Source of the DNA: Camelus dromedarius
Taxonomy: Eukaryota
Direction: 5' to 3'
Length of the DNA stretch: 64,000 nt
Assembly: GCF_036321535.1 (NCBI RefSeq)
Contig: NC_087437.1
Span: forward strand, 65,660,001 to 65,724,000
The notes under the pieces were generated by a model that ran no database searches, was not told the origin of the DNA, and saw nothing but the letters and a program-made list of their open reading frames with translations. The position numbers and the translations under genes were made by a program. Below, one piece after another: positions 53,185 through 64,000 of this stretch. How positions within the stretch are numbered: the stretch's first letter is position 1; each line of letters starts with the position of its first letter.

Positions 53185-54900
53185 TAACAGTTTCTACTCC
53201 ATGAATTTTCTTGTAGTAAAATCTTTGTCCGTAGGAACCCAGCAACTGAAACTGGGTTCACTTGAGGATGTTTTCTATGGCTCTATATTTTTAGCAGGAG
53301 ACAAAGGACAAGAAAATGTTAAACATCATGGGTTTAATTTTTTTCTTAAAGAGTAACTTTAAAGCATATTTGGAAGTCCTTAATGAATTGGTGCAATCTC
53401 AGAAACCTCTGCTGGGTACATCAACAGTAGTAATAGGTGATGGACAGTTGGAAAGATTCACTCATTCTACAAAGTTCTCAGACTTTGAAGAAACATTACA
53501 TTCTCTGTTAATTCCAGGAGTTCAGATTATCCCAAGTTGTGAGAATCAATAATTGAGCTCAAATGGGAAACACACATCAATTACTTTTGCCATTCCTGTG
53601 GATAAAGCACATCTCTCAAGTAAGAAATCCAGGTTAAATGCAAGAACTCAAATAATTCTGGGAGTTTTGAGCCAGAAGAAAAGATATTTACTCTGAGAGG
53701 GGTTGAAAAAGCCAGGTAGGCCAGTTCCTAGGAAACAGAATATAATCAGATTCCAGAGTCCATATAGCTAAGGTGAGGCTGGAATTTGAGAGGAAAGGTA
53801 GGAACGACACTTATGAATTTGTACCATGTCTTCAGACCAAAGTGTATTTATTTTAGGATAAGGAGATTTGAGACTCAGATGGGTTTTTGTTATCATTACT
53901 AGAATCTTTAGCACCAAAAATATATGTTGTGCTTTAAAAATTAGATCATTGTAAGTGTCTTTATACTCATTTATTTTCCCATTCCATTAAATTACAGAGA
54001 GTCACCTTCATCCATTATCTGTTTTTAAAATTGTTTTTCCTACTTTGCATAATGTAACTTCTTCATTATAGCCCTTGATTTTGGACTATTTCTCCCTGCC
54101 CTGTTTGGTCCACTATGAAGTAACTGCATTTACTAAGATAGAAAAGAAGACTCTTATGTAAAAAGTCATATGCAAGGTTGAAATTTTTCCTAACTAAATT
54201 AGCAAGAAAAGTCAATTTTACAGAACCACTACAGACTAGTGTTTAGTAATCATAGAAAATAGTAAAGAAGCCTAGAGATTAGAAATAGATAACTTGTGCC
54301 TAATTAACAGAAGTGGCAAGGTAAAAGAGAGTAACTCTTTTTATGACTTGGAAGTATGGACAAACAAGTATAAAACTGCAAACAGATGGTAAATAAGCAC
54401 ATGGATAAAGAAGTGATGAAAATCAGGAGCCAGTATGGAATTCTTAAAAAATATATCATTTTCCTTGATTGAGGTTAGAGGTTTGCTAAATAAAAGACAT
54501 TCTAAAAACAAATTATGATTTCAGTAAGTCTCTTAGAATGTCATGAACAAGATGATTTGGTGTGAGATAGGATGACGGTTTAGAGAGTGGGTTGAAATTT
54601 CTTTAGAATGTGTCACGCTCTCCCACAAGACTATGAGCTCAGTGACAGAATAGGGCATATTTCATATGTCTTTGTATCTCTGGTACTTAATTCAATGCTT
54701 GGTGAATGCTAAGTACCCAATCCATTTTTCCTGAATTCATAGGCACTTAAACAAGGCTACTCAAAATAAGCTTTTTTAATGGATGCAAGTCAACCACAAA
54801 AGAATTATTAAGTGGCATATTTTAAATGCCGTGTGCGTGATCATTATCCTGTTCAACACTCTCATACTAGCAATTAACAAGTAAAACCTTAAAAGCAAGT
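53185..54900 (+). mobile_element. Ancient CR1/L3-like LINE ORF2 relic (endonuclease ~53190-53620, RT-proximal ~54100-54900), with an L2 tail at ~54620-54740
   Basis: APE-like motifs ATET (53242-53253), FFLKSN, VVIGD (53427-53441), HTSITF. Downstream CR1-like tracts atcaggagccagtatggaattc and gatttcagtaag. Confidence 0.55.
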
Positions 54901-55039
54901 GGTCAGAGAATAAGAATCAGAAACTAATAGCCAGAAAGAGGACAGTGGTCCTATATCTCATATTGCCTATTATAGTGCTGTATTTGGAATAGATATTCAG
55001 TAGCTATTTTCTTAATTTTTTAAATTAATCATGGCATTC

Positions 55040-56275
55040 TCAAGCTTTATACGGTGGTTGGGGCAACTAGATATTCACATTTGGCCCCCCCATCTCATAT
55101 AATATACAAAAATTAACTCAAAATTGGCCAAAGACCTACATGTAAAAACTAAAACTATAAAACTCTTAGAAGAAAACATAGGTATAAATCTTCATGATTT
55201 TGGATTACAGAATGGTTTCTTAGATATGAAACCAAAAGCATGAACAACAAAAGAAAAAATAGATTAAACTGGACATCATCAAAAAATTTTTAAATGGGGC
55301 CTTAGTGGACATCATAAAAGAAGTAAAAAAACAAAGAAAATATTTGCTAATTATATATTTGACAAAGGACTTGTATCTAGAGTCTATAAAAAACTATTAC
55401 AACTCAATAATAGAAAGGCAAATAAATTAATTTTAAAATGGGCAAGGGCTTTGAACATACATTTCTGCAAAGAGTTGTACAAATGGCCAATAAGCACATG
55501 AAAAGATATTCAGCATTATTAGCCATCAAGGAAATGCCAAACAAAACCACAAGGAGATACCACATCACACCACTAGAATGATTATAATTTTAAAAAGATT
55601 GACAATAACAAATGTTGGCAATGATATGGAGAAGTTGGAGCCCTCACAAACTGCTGGTAGGAATGAAAATGGCACAGCCACTTTGGAAAACAGTTTGGCA
55701 GGTCCTCAAACAGTTAAATTTAGAGTTACCATATGATCCAACAATTCTACTCCTAGGTATATATCTAAGAGAAATGAAAACATATATCCACAAAAAAATT
55801 TGTACATGAATATTTATAGCAGCATGATTAACAGTAGCCAAAAAGTGAAAATTACCCAAATGTCCATCAACTGATAAGTGGATAAATAATATCCATAAAA
55901 TGGAAGATTCTTCAGCAATAAAAAAGAACTCAAGAATTGACATATGCTACATTACTAAACCTTAAAAATATGCTACATGAAAGAAGCCAGTCACAAAGAA
56001 TTACATATTGTATGATTTCATTTATATGAAATGTCCAGATTCCATAGAAATGGAAAGTAGATTAGTGATTGCCTAGGGCTGGGGATGATGAGAGGACTGA
56101 GGTGTGATAGATAATTGGGGCAGGGTTTTAGGGGGTGGGTAGTGAAGATATTCTAAAATTATGGTAGTGGATGCACAGCTCTGTGAATACACTAAAAAGC
56201 CATTGAATTATATACTTTAAGTAGGTGAATCATTTGGTATGTGGATTATATCTTTATAAAACTGTTTTAAAAGAA
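55040..56275 (+). mobile_element. L1 3' portion (L1MB-like)
   Basis: ORF2 C-terminus (PLWKTVWQVLKQLNLELPYDP) and L1MB-type 3' UTR. Confidence 0.9.
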
Positions 56276-56297
56276 AACCTATGGTGGGTTTCCTGTT

Positions 56298-57717
56298 TGT
56301 GGTAGACAGGGAGATCACTACCCAGATCCCCCTTCAAGGAAGGACTTCTGCCCAGCTGTGAGGAAGACAGTCAGCAGATAGCCTATAGCCATCAGCTCCT
56401 TCAGGGTCGGCCTCAGCTTCAGGGAGCTGCCTTGCCCAATGTGAGATAATAGAAAAAATATATTAAAAATATTGGTCTCTGCCCCCGGTTCCTGGAACAA
56501 AGCTCCTAAAACCCTTGTAATATTTAAAGTGATAAGAGCACTAGAAATATCTCTTGTTCTAATATTTGTTCTTTGACCCCATCCCTGACACAGGGCTCCT
56601 AAGACTCTTGTAAATTCTTAAGTGATAAGAGCACTAGGAACATCTTTGCTTCTAATGAAGTGACTCTGGTTGGGTTCCTGGATGGGACTGGTCACCAGAA
56701 AGCCCAAGCCATGATTAGAAGCTTGGAAATTTCAGCCCCACCTTCTCTGTCCCCTACTTCTCCCAAGGGGAAAGAGGCTAGAAATGGGTTAATAATTGAC
56801 CATGCCTATGTGAGGAAGACTTCATAAAAATCCCAATAGCACTGGGTTTGGAGAGCCTCCAGGTTGGTGAACACATCCACCACCTACTAAGAGGGTGACA
56901 CACCCCACCTCACAGAGACAGATGGTCCTATGTCACAGACCTTCCCGGACTCCACCCTATGTACCGCTTCATCCAGCTGTTCATCAGTGCCCTTTATCAT
57001 ATTCTTTAATAAACCGGTAAACAGAAGTGTTTCCCTGAGTTCTCCGAGTGACTTTCGCAAATTAATTGAAGCTGAGGAGGGGATCATGGGAATATCTGAT
57101 TTGTAGACAAAATGGACATAAGTTGTGGGTGACCTAGGGGCCTACTACTTGTGATTGGCATCTAAAGTGGGGTAAGAGCAGTCTTGTGGGATTGAGCCTT
57201 TACCCCGTGGGATCTGACACTATCTCTGGTAGGTAGTGTCAGAACTCAGTTAAATTGTAGGACACCCAGTTGGTGTTGCAAAGAATTGCTTGTTCTGAGG
57301 GAAAACCTCCACATATTTGGCGACCAGAAGTGTCAGAAGTGAACTGTTCTGTGTGAGTAGTAGAGACTCACGGTAGAGAAGCACAGGTGGAAAACTGAGT
57401 TTTTCCTCTTCACCCAAGGTCACACCCTTCCCAGGGCAGCCCACATTCCGTTGGGGGGGGTATAAAGGTGCCGCTATTTCTGCTGGATCAAGACTAGCAC
57501 TGCTAACTGAGCACTGCTAAGTGCTAGTTCTGACTAGCACTGCTAACTACAGAGCTCCTTGCTGGGTTGACCAAGGTTCTGTCTGACCTGCACCATGGTT
57601 TGACTTCTCCCCTCTGCTCAATCCTGCTTCGTTCTCTTTCTTTTCACAGGTATTGATATCTAACCTTGAACCCCAAACTAACTCAAGATCTGTTTCCAGG
57701 GAACCCAAACTGTGACT
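56298..57717 (+). mobile_element. ERVL LTR (LTR16-like) split by a MER21-like LTR
   Basis: Begins tgtggtagacaggg and ends cagggaacccaaactgtgac. The halves join as ...gccttgCCCAAggtcacacc... Confidence 0.7.
56440..57412 (+). mobile_element. MER21-like solo LTR (973 bp)
   Basis: TG...CA termini; 5-bp TSD CCCAA at 56435-56439 and 57413-57417; MER21 hallmarks gctcctaaaacccttg, ggtcaccagaaagcccaagccatgattaga; aataaa near 57008. Confidence 0.85.
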
Positions 57718-60005
57718 ATGTTAAACATGGCAGATTAAGCATGTACACATATTTCATATCTTAAAAGTGTCACTAAAATGAAGGTAAAGTAATTTTGGTT
57801 TTGTTCTTAACTCATTAGATAAAAGAACAAGAAAAGAAACTCTGTGTATGAAGGCGTAATAGTTTTAGCAGAAAGGAGGAAGCAATAAAAATACTTATAG
57901 AGTGGGATACCATTGAGAAGTTGGGTGATTTCTTCCATACAACCACTGAGAGTCTCAGGACTTAGGAGACCAGGAGCCTTTGAAGGCAGATGCAAGAACA
58001 AAGCTGATAACAGGGGACTAATGGACATCTATATGCCAAATGCTTACAGTGCCTAGGCTGCTTCTTTTACTCTTGCTTAAGACTAGAGATTTATTTTCAA
58101 GAAAAATGGACTAGGGAGATTCTGAATTTGTGGATGCTAGGATCATTAGAGGAGAAATGAGGCTTGGAGCTGAAAATCGTGGGAATAAATGGAAGTCTGC
58201 ATGTTGACTAAGAAAACTGCTCCCCTCCCCGTTACTTCCTCATATAAACTCTCTTCACAAAGTTTGGAGTATTGGCCCCAAACAATAGATTGAGGATTTT
58301 TCTCTGTAGAAACTTCAGAGAAAACATAAATACTCAATCCTGGTATTTGGAGGCCCTCAGTAAAGAAGCCGTCTGACTGCTTTATCAGCCTACACTGCCC
58401 TCCCATGTGGGGCTTCCAGTTTCATAGCTCCTCATCCTTACCTATGAATGATCAGGCTAGGGTGGCCAGACATTTAAAGAAAGCCTTGAACATGAAAAAT
58501 AGAACAAAACAAACAGGAGGGGGGAAAGGACATAGAAGAATATGCAAGGAAAAGAAAAAACTTTCTAAGAATAAATTACTCATAATTCACTATTTGTGGA
58601 GGAAAAGAGAGAAGCTGTTGCATCTATGAAGCAAAAATGGAGAGGGAAGAACAATTACAGCCTAAGAAATTTCAGTAAACAAAAGTATGATAAAAATTAA
58701 AATGCTCTAGAAGGCTTGGAAGACAAAGATGTGGAAAGTTCTCAAATATAGAATAAATGACAAAGAGATGAATACTAGAAAGGAAAAAAATTTTTAACAC
58801 AGACTCAAGGACCAAGACTCATAGAAAATAATAGCATAAGACATAAAGAGAAAATTCTGGGGGAATAAAAATCACAAAGGATTGGAAATCACTGGACTTT
58901 TCAATATCAACACCAGAAGCTGTAAGATACTGGAGAAATATCTTCAAAAGTCTAAGGGAAAAAGAATACAATTCTCCTAGACTTATTGTGGTGGTGATTT
59001 CTCAGTGTATACAAATATCCAATTATTATGTAGTACACTTGAAACTAATATAATATGTGTCAATTATACCTCAATAAAAATTAAATTAAAAGAAGTCTAA
59101 GGGAAATTTTAACCTTAAATTCTATGCTAAGTCAAACTATCAATCAATTATAAGAACAGACTAAGAATATGTCTAGGCATTCAAGGCCTGGAACTACCTT
59201 GTACCCTTTCTTAGGATGATTCTGGGAGGAGTGGTCCACTAAAAGCAGTAGAGTACATTGAGAAGTAAAAAGATACATAATTCAGGAAACATGAACTCTT
59301 AACACAAGAGAGTAGTGCAAGATGACAGTTGGGTAACAAATCCAGATTGGAGCAGTAGAGAGGGGCAGAAAGAAGGTTCTCAAAGACAAAAAAAAAAAAA
59401 AGAGGGGGACGTGGACTGATAGGTTATTTGATGCAAGTGACCATATGGAAATAGTACTGTGAGATGTTTCTAGAAATCTATGGGGAATTTAGAAAGAATT
59501 GGCAATAAGTGGATAGGAAACAAAATCATTTAAAAAAAAAGGGCAATTTCTTTTTCAAAAAAAAAAGCAAAAAGGTATACAAGAAGGAAACATAATCAGG
59601 GTACATTACTAGCTAGGCAGTAAACAGTATTTATACCATCATCATAATTTAACATTTAGCATTAATTTACTGCCCTCCCCAACAGTTTTATAATTTTTGA
59701 GAGGGTAGAGTTGAGAGAGGAAGAGGTGGAGATAAAAGATAAATCCTCACCTATGAAAACAAGATATGAATAGGTAATGTTATAAAATGATGAAACAACA
59801 CATAGCAGTCATGCATTTCATTTTGAAATATGAGAAATGGAATAGAATGAAAAAAATGGAAAGAAATGGATATGGTTGCCTCTGAGGAGCAGTATGTGGT
59901 GATGGTGAGAGAGAAATGGAGAGGAAACTGCTAAATTTTGTTATATTTGACCTTCAAAACTATTTGCACATATTAGTCTGACAAAAATAAAACTGAATTG
60001 AAAAA
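57718..60005 (+). mobile_element. Old, highly diverged L1 (L1ME/L1M-like) pieces
   Basis: aaacatggcagatt 5'-like motif, ORF1-like tract (gacttttcaatatcaacaccagaagc...tatcttcaaaag), 3'-like tggttgcctctgagg. Confidence 0.55.
58962..59092 (+). mobile_element. 131-bp L1 3'-tail insertion
   Basis: L1MA-type tail (tgtagtacacttgaaactaatataat...tcaattatacctcaataaaaa) with perfect 14-bp TSD aagtctaagggaaa at 58948-58961 and 59093-59106. Confidence 0.85.
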
Positions 60006-60084
60006 TTAAACCTATAAAGATTTCCAACTTCCTAGCATAGTCAACTTAAATTACTTGTTATTCAAATTATGAAAAGGGGAAAGA

Positions 60085-60285
60085 GAATGACAGCAGATTC
60101 AGGCAGATGTGTCACTTATTAGCTGTGTGACTTTGGTTAACCTTATTAATCTTTGATTGTATCGTCTAGAACAGGATTCATAACACTTTCTGGTAGGGTT
60201 GTTGTGGAGCTAAGATAAGATAGTATACTATGATACCTGACACAGAGCCCAGCATATAACAGGCTTGAGAAATGTTAGCCATTGT
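60085..60285 (+). mobile_element. MIR SINE
   Basis: tcacttattagctgtgtgactttgg...gggttgttgtggag...cagagcccagcatataa. Confidence 0.7.
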
Positions 60286-61629
60286 TACCATTTGTCTGAC
60301 CTTCAGGAACCTCCATCAGTTCACCCTTCTTTTCCAATCTCAATTTCCTTTTCTCCCTACAACCTGATGTGGCTTTTCTTTTCACTTTCTCTATGCTTGT
60401 TACCGGCTTTGTACAAACCCCTATCTCCTATTGGAAAAATTCTCTCAAACCATTTTTTCTAAAATTCTACATGCATCATTTCCTTTGAAACTCATTTCTT
60501 CTCAGTGTACCTCCAGGAATTCTAAATTTTAGGAACTTAGGTTATGTAGAAAACTGATCTGACGGGAGTAGCTAGGGGTCTTGTTCTAAAGCTGAAATTG
60601 GATAGGAAATTTGTTTTTCTTGGTTTGGATTGTGTGTTTATTTGGGGTAGTTTGGGAATGTGTGCTGATGGAGATTACTGGGTCTAATCCCACCTACATC
60701 ACCATTTGACACTGTTTTCTCTTCTTCCTAAAAGCTACCCCTGTGTAACCCCACCTGATTTCACTTGATTCTCCTGTATGTGCCATCACATATACTACTG
60801 AGCATCTATTTAAAGGTTGCTTTTCTTAAGTTATCTCATCTTTTACTTTCCAAATCAATTGTGAGGAGTGCAGATACAGCTTTCTATTTGTTTTGCATAC
60901 TCTCGTGACACCTGATGCGTACCATACTCTCGAAATCTTGATGATATGCTATTTGCTTCTAACTGATACATGTAATGAGATATCCTCTCATATAGAGGAG
61001 AAAAATGGTAATTCAGGCATTTCCTTGGGAGAAATCAATTGTTAGGAATCTGTGGGAGTACAGAGTGGACCCTTCAAAAGAGAAAATATGGCTGGGAGAG
61101 TAAGAAGGAGAGAACCAACGCAGATATGGGGTCAGTGGGGATTTGGCTAGAGAAGCTGCATGAAAGGGAGAGAAAATGTGTAATCAGCAAAATGGCCAGA
61201 GCTCTTCTTCAAGTGAAGCTCAGGTACTGCAATCGTACTGGGGTTGGCAGCATCACCATCACTATTATTATTTAGATCCTTGAAATGTGCCCATCAGTGA
61301 GCCCTGAGGCACATGTACAGAAACAAACACATGTTTCAATATTTACTCTCTAGGGCCTGAATCCATGGTGGTACAGTTGTCGATCCTCCCACAGCCATCA
61401 GGCACATGCTTGACTAAACAGATGGCTTCACCAGAATTTTTTCACTTGGGTAGGAGGATGGAGGCTTGTACAGCCAGAATTCTTAATTCAATATGTCTTC
61501 CTTAGTGTATTCTCTGAGCAGGTCACCTTAGAAGCACCATGTAGAGTGGGAAGGGCAGTTGACAGGGTGGGGGGAGGTGAGGGTGAACAGGGGTAGCAGC
61601 CATGTAGAGCATTAAAAAAAAAAATTAAG

Positions 61630-61850
61630 CACACAGGATTTAGAGATAAAAAATCTAGTTTTCAATCATTTCTAACCACTAATCTGCAATTTGACTGTGC
61701 AAAAATCTCTTTACCTCTCTTAGTCTCATTTTCTTGAACTATGAAATGGGAATAATAATGTCTCTACTGCTTATTTCTCACTTTTACAAGGATCAAACAA
61801 GTTTAATTTGTGTTAAAATACTCTGCAAACTGTAAAAGATTACATACTCC
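61630..61850 (+). mobile_element. MIR SINE
   Basis: ctctcttagtctcattttcttgaactatgaaatgggaataata. Confidence 0.7.
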
Positions 61851-63804
61851 TCTTATGATACCCTAGGGTTTAAGATAACTCTTTTAAACTTTGTTTTTCT
61901 CCAAAGGAAAAAAAATAAATGCTTTCTTCTTTTAAAGACTCTGTAAAAAATTTACTTACATAACAAAATATTTATTTACTCCCAATAGTCTTTAAATTTC
62001 CACAATTATTCAAGATTAGGGAGGAGAAAATAATTTATTTTTAAAAATTCAGAATGATGTTCTGTATCAAAATATTTCTCAAAAGGAAGTTGAATTTGAG
62101 TAAAATTTGATGTAAGACAGACTTTTATTTCTACTTCAACATTCTTATAAGAAGGCCCTTTAAACTAGTGAAAGGTCTACATGTAAACATTTTCATCTAT
62201 GTATTTATTTTTAAATTATCTCCCAGCTGAAGCTAGAAATGAGAATGAGTGAATAAAAACAGATAATGCAAGACTGAGTGATATTGGGAAAGGGCAGGAA
62301 AAAGATTATGGTATAAAAGATAGGCACAGAGAAAATATCCTCGTAGGAACACATTTTTTAAAGATGCTTTGGCAGGGGATGAGGAATGCATTTATTCTAC
62401 AATCTATACTCCCAGTTCTATGGTAACTATATCTAAAGTTTAAAAACTGAAAGTAGTTGAATCCTCTTCTGTACTCTGAAACTGAACAGAAAGCAGATTC
62501 TTAAAAATAATATATGATAACATGCATCACATATTACCCAGGGATGCCACGATGGGATTGGTCTGGGCTCCAGGTACCCACTTCCACATAATCTTGAATG
62601 AGCTATTTCGCCTCTACTAACTCATCTATAAAAATGAGGAATTGGTACCTCGTTTTCAGTGGTAATCATTGGAGTTTCTTTTACCTAGGACAAAACAGGC
62701 CATGGGGCTTCTTTTGACATCTGAGAGCTTGTTTTCCTGCTTATAGGAAAGCAGTAACAATGTCTATGTTAATGCTTTAATTCTAGATGGAAAAGGGATC
62801 ATTCAGATGCTCCTGAAGTTTGGTATTCTGTAGACAAAAGAGCCAGTTGGGCTTTTTCACCTAGAAGTTATTATGTAAACAACCCAGGAACAGATAAGAG
62901 ACTATACAAATCATCCTACATGTCAGTAATAACTGGGATCAAACTGTTTTACTCTTGTCTTTGCGGCTTAATTCACTGGCTTCAGCCAGATCAAGTTTCA
63001 GTTACTCAAAAGAGTCTTGTCAGAAAGTAATTTTTAGTTCTTGTCTCCTGTAGGCCATTGAAATTTTTGAGAATGAAAGGAATTCACTTCCATAAATACT
63101 GTTTGAAATAGATTTTTAAAAAATAAAATTTAATTATGGTACTGAAAGAATAAGTAAGTTTAGTGTTTTGCTTATATTTAGGAATAAGTGGAAAATTTGT
63201 ATCTAGTTTAAATGTGTTTGACTTGAAAACTACAATCTAATGTTTTTTATTGAGTGTGTTTTCCAAAGTGGCCACTGAATAGTTAAATGACAAGAAAATA
63301 AGAAAAAATTTCAAAACATTTGTGCAAGTGGTGATTTATAAACAGCCTCACTGAAGGTAATGGCTCCTTTTCTTCTTTTTACCTTTTGCTCCCCCTTTTT
63401 TCTTTCTCCTTTCTCCATTCTGCCATGTCTTCCTGACAGAGCCCCCAGACTGTGTAGAACTTGACTTGACTTCTCTGGAATGGATTGACTAAGGGAAGAT
63501 GGCAGCTGTTTAAGGGAGAAGGTCAAGTAGCTCAGTCACAAAAAAGGAGTGACAAGAGCTGACACTAGCTGATAAGATTGCTTTTTCTTCTTTTTTTTTT
63601 AATCTTCTTGCTTTCTTTCCTCCTCCTGTTTTTTTTTTTATTTCTTTGATTATCACTCCTTTCATTTGTGTTTAGTCATTTAAATCACAGCTTCTTGTCC
63701 CTCTTTTGAGTTTTCAAGACACCAATCAAAATAGGATGAAAGCAGGGAAAAAAGAGTAACTATTTGATAGCTGGAGAGAAGAGAATCCTTAGTCCCAAAG
63801 GAGA

Positions 63805-64000
63805 ACTATCTTTTTAAAAATCAGTAAGTCATACATATCTGTAGAAAATGCATATATGATAGCATTTACCTTGATGAATTTTCACAAATTGAATGCAACC
63901 ATTTAATTAATACTCAGATCAAGAAACAGAATATTAGAAGCATTCCAGAAACCCTAAATCCCAAGGCTCCTTCTAGTCCTAACATTCCTCTTCAATATTA
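63805..64000 (-). mobile_element. L1 3' end (L1MB/MC-like), runs off the window
   Basis: ttgatgaattttcacaaattgaa...cagatcaagaaacagaatatta...ccagaa. Confidence 0.75.

Noticed and set aside
52111..53609. Exact 15-mer cctgtggataaagca at 52111-52125 and 53595-53609
   Set aside because: A match this long is expected by chance about once or twice in 64 kb, and the intervening DNA lacks element termini or a poly(A) tail.
1..64000. CRISPR arrays, tRNA/rRNA genes, prokaryotic-type systems
   Set aside because: No regularly spaced repeat-spacer array or structured RNA gene was seen; the sequence is mammalian intergenic DNA.

Overview
Mammalian genomic DNA, probably camelid. This is an inference: the L1 3' UTRs look cetartiodactyl/camelid, and I recognised no Alu, B1, BovB/Bov-tA, PRE1 or CHR SINEs. 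The only recognisable gene is the 5' end of STXBP5L (tomosyn-2) on the minus strand: first coding exon 1888-2084 (ATG at 2076) and a CpG-island promoter at about 2680-3720 with CCAAT boxes and a PBX/PREP decamer. The other ~60 kb is upstream intergenic DNA made of layered transposable elements (MIR, L2, CR1/L3, MaLR, ERV1 and ERVL solo LTRs, MER5, several L1 generations). Several nested insertions have readable target-site duplications (TSDs). The least ordinary signal is a heavily decayed Ty3/Gypsy pol relic (RT plus RNase H, minus strand). It is absent from the ORF track but can be reassembled across later L2, MaLR and L1 insertions between about 26.7 and 38.0 kb. There is also a CR1-type endonuclease relic with a well-kept frame and splice-like ends, and a probable hAT-Tip100 transposase relic. 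I found no well-supported new functional system. Repeat subfamily names are recalled from consensus sequences, and repeat boundaries without TSDs are approximate.
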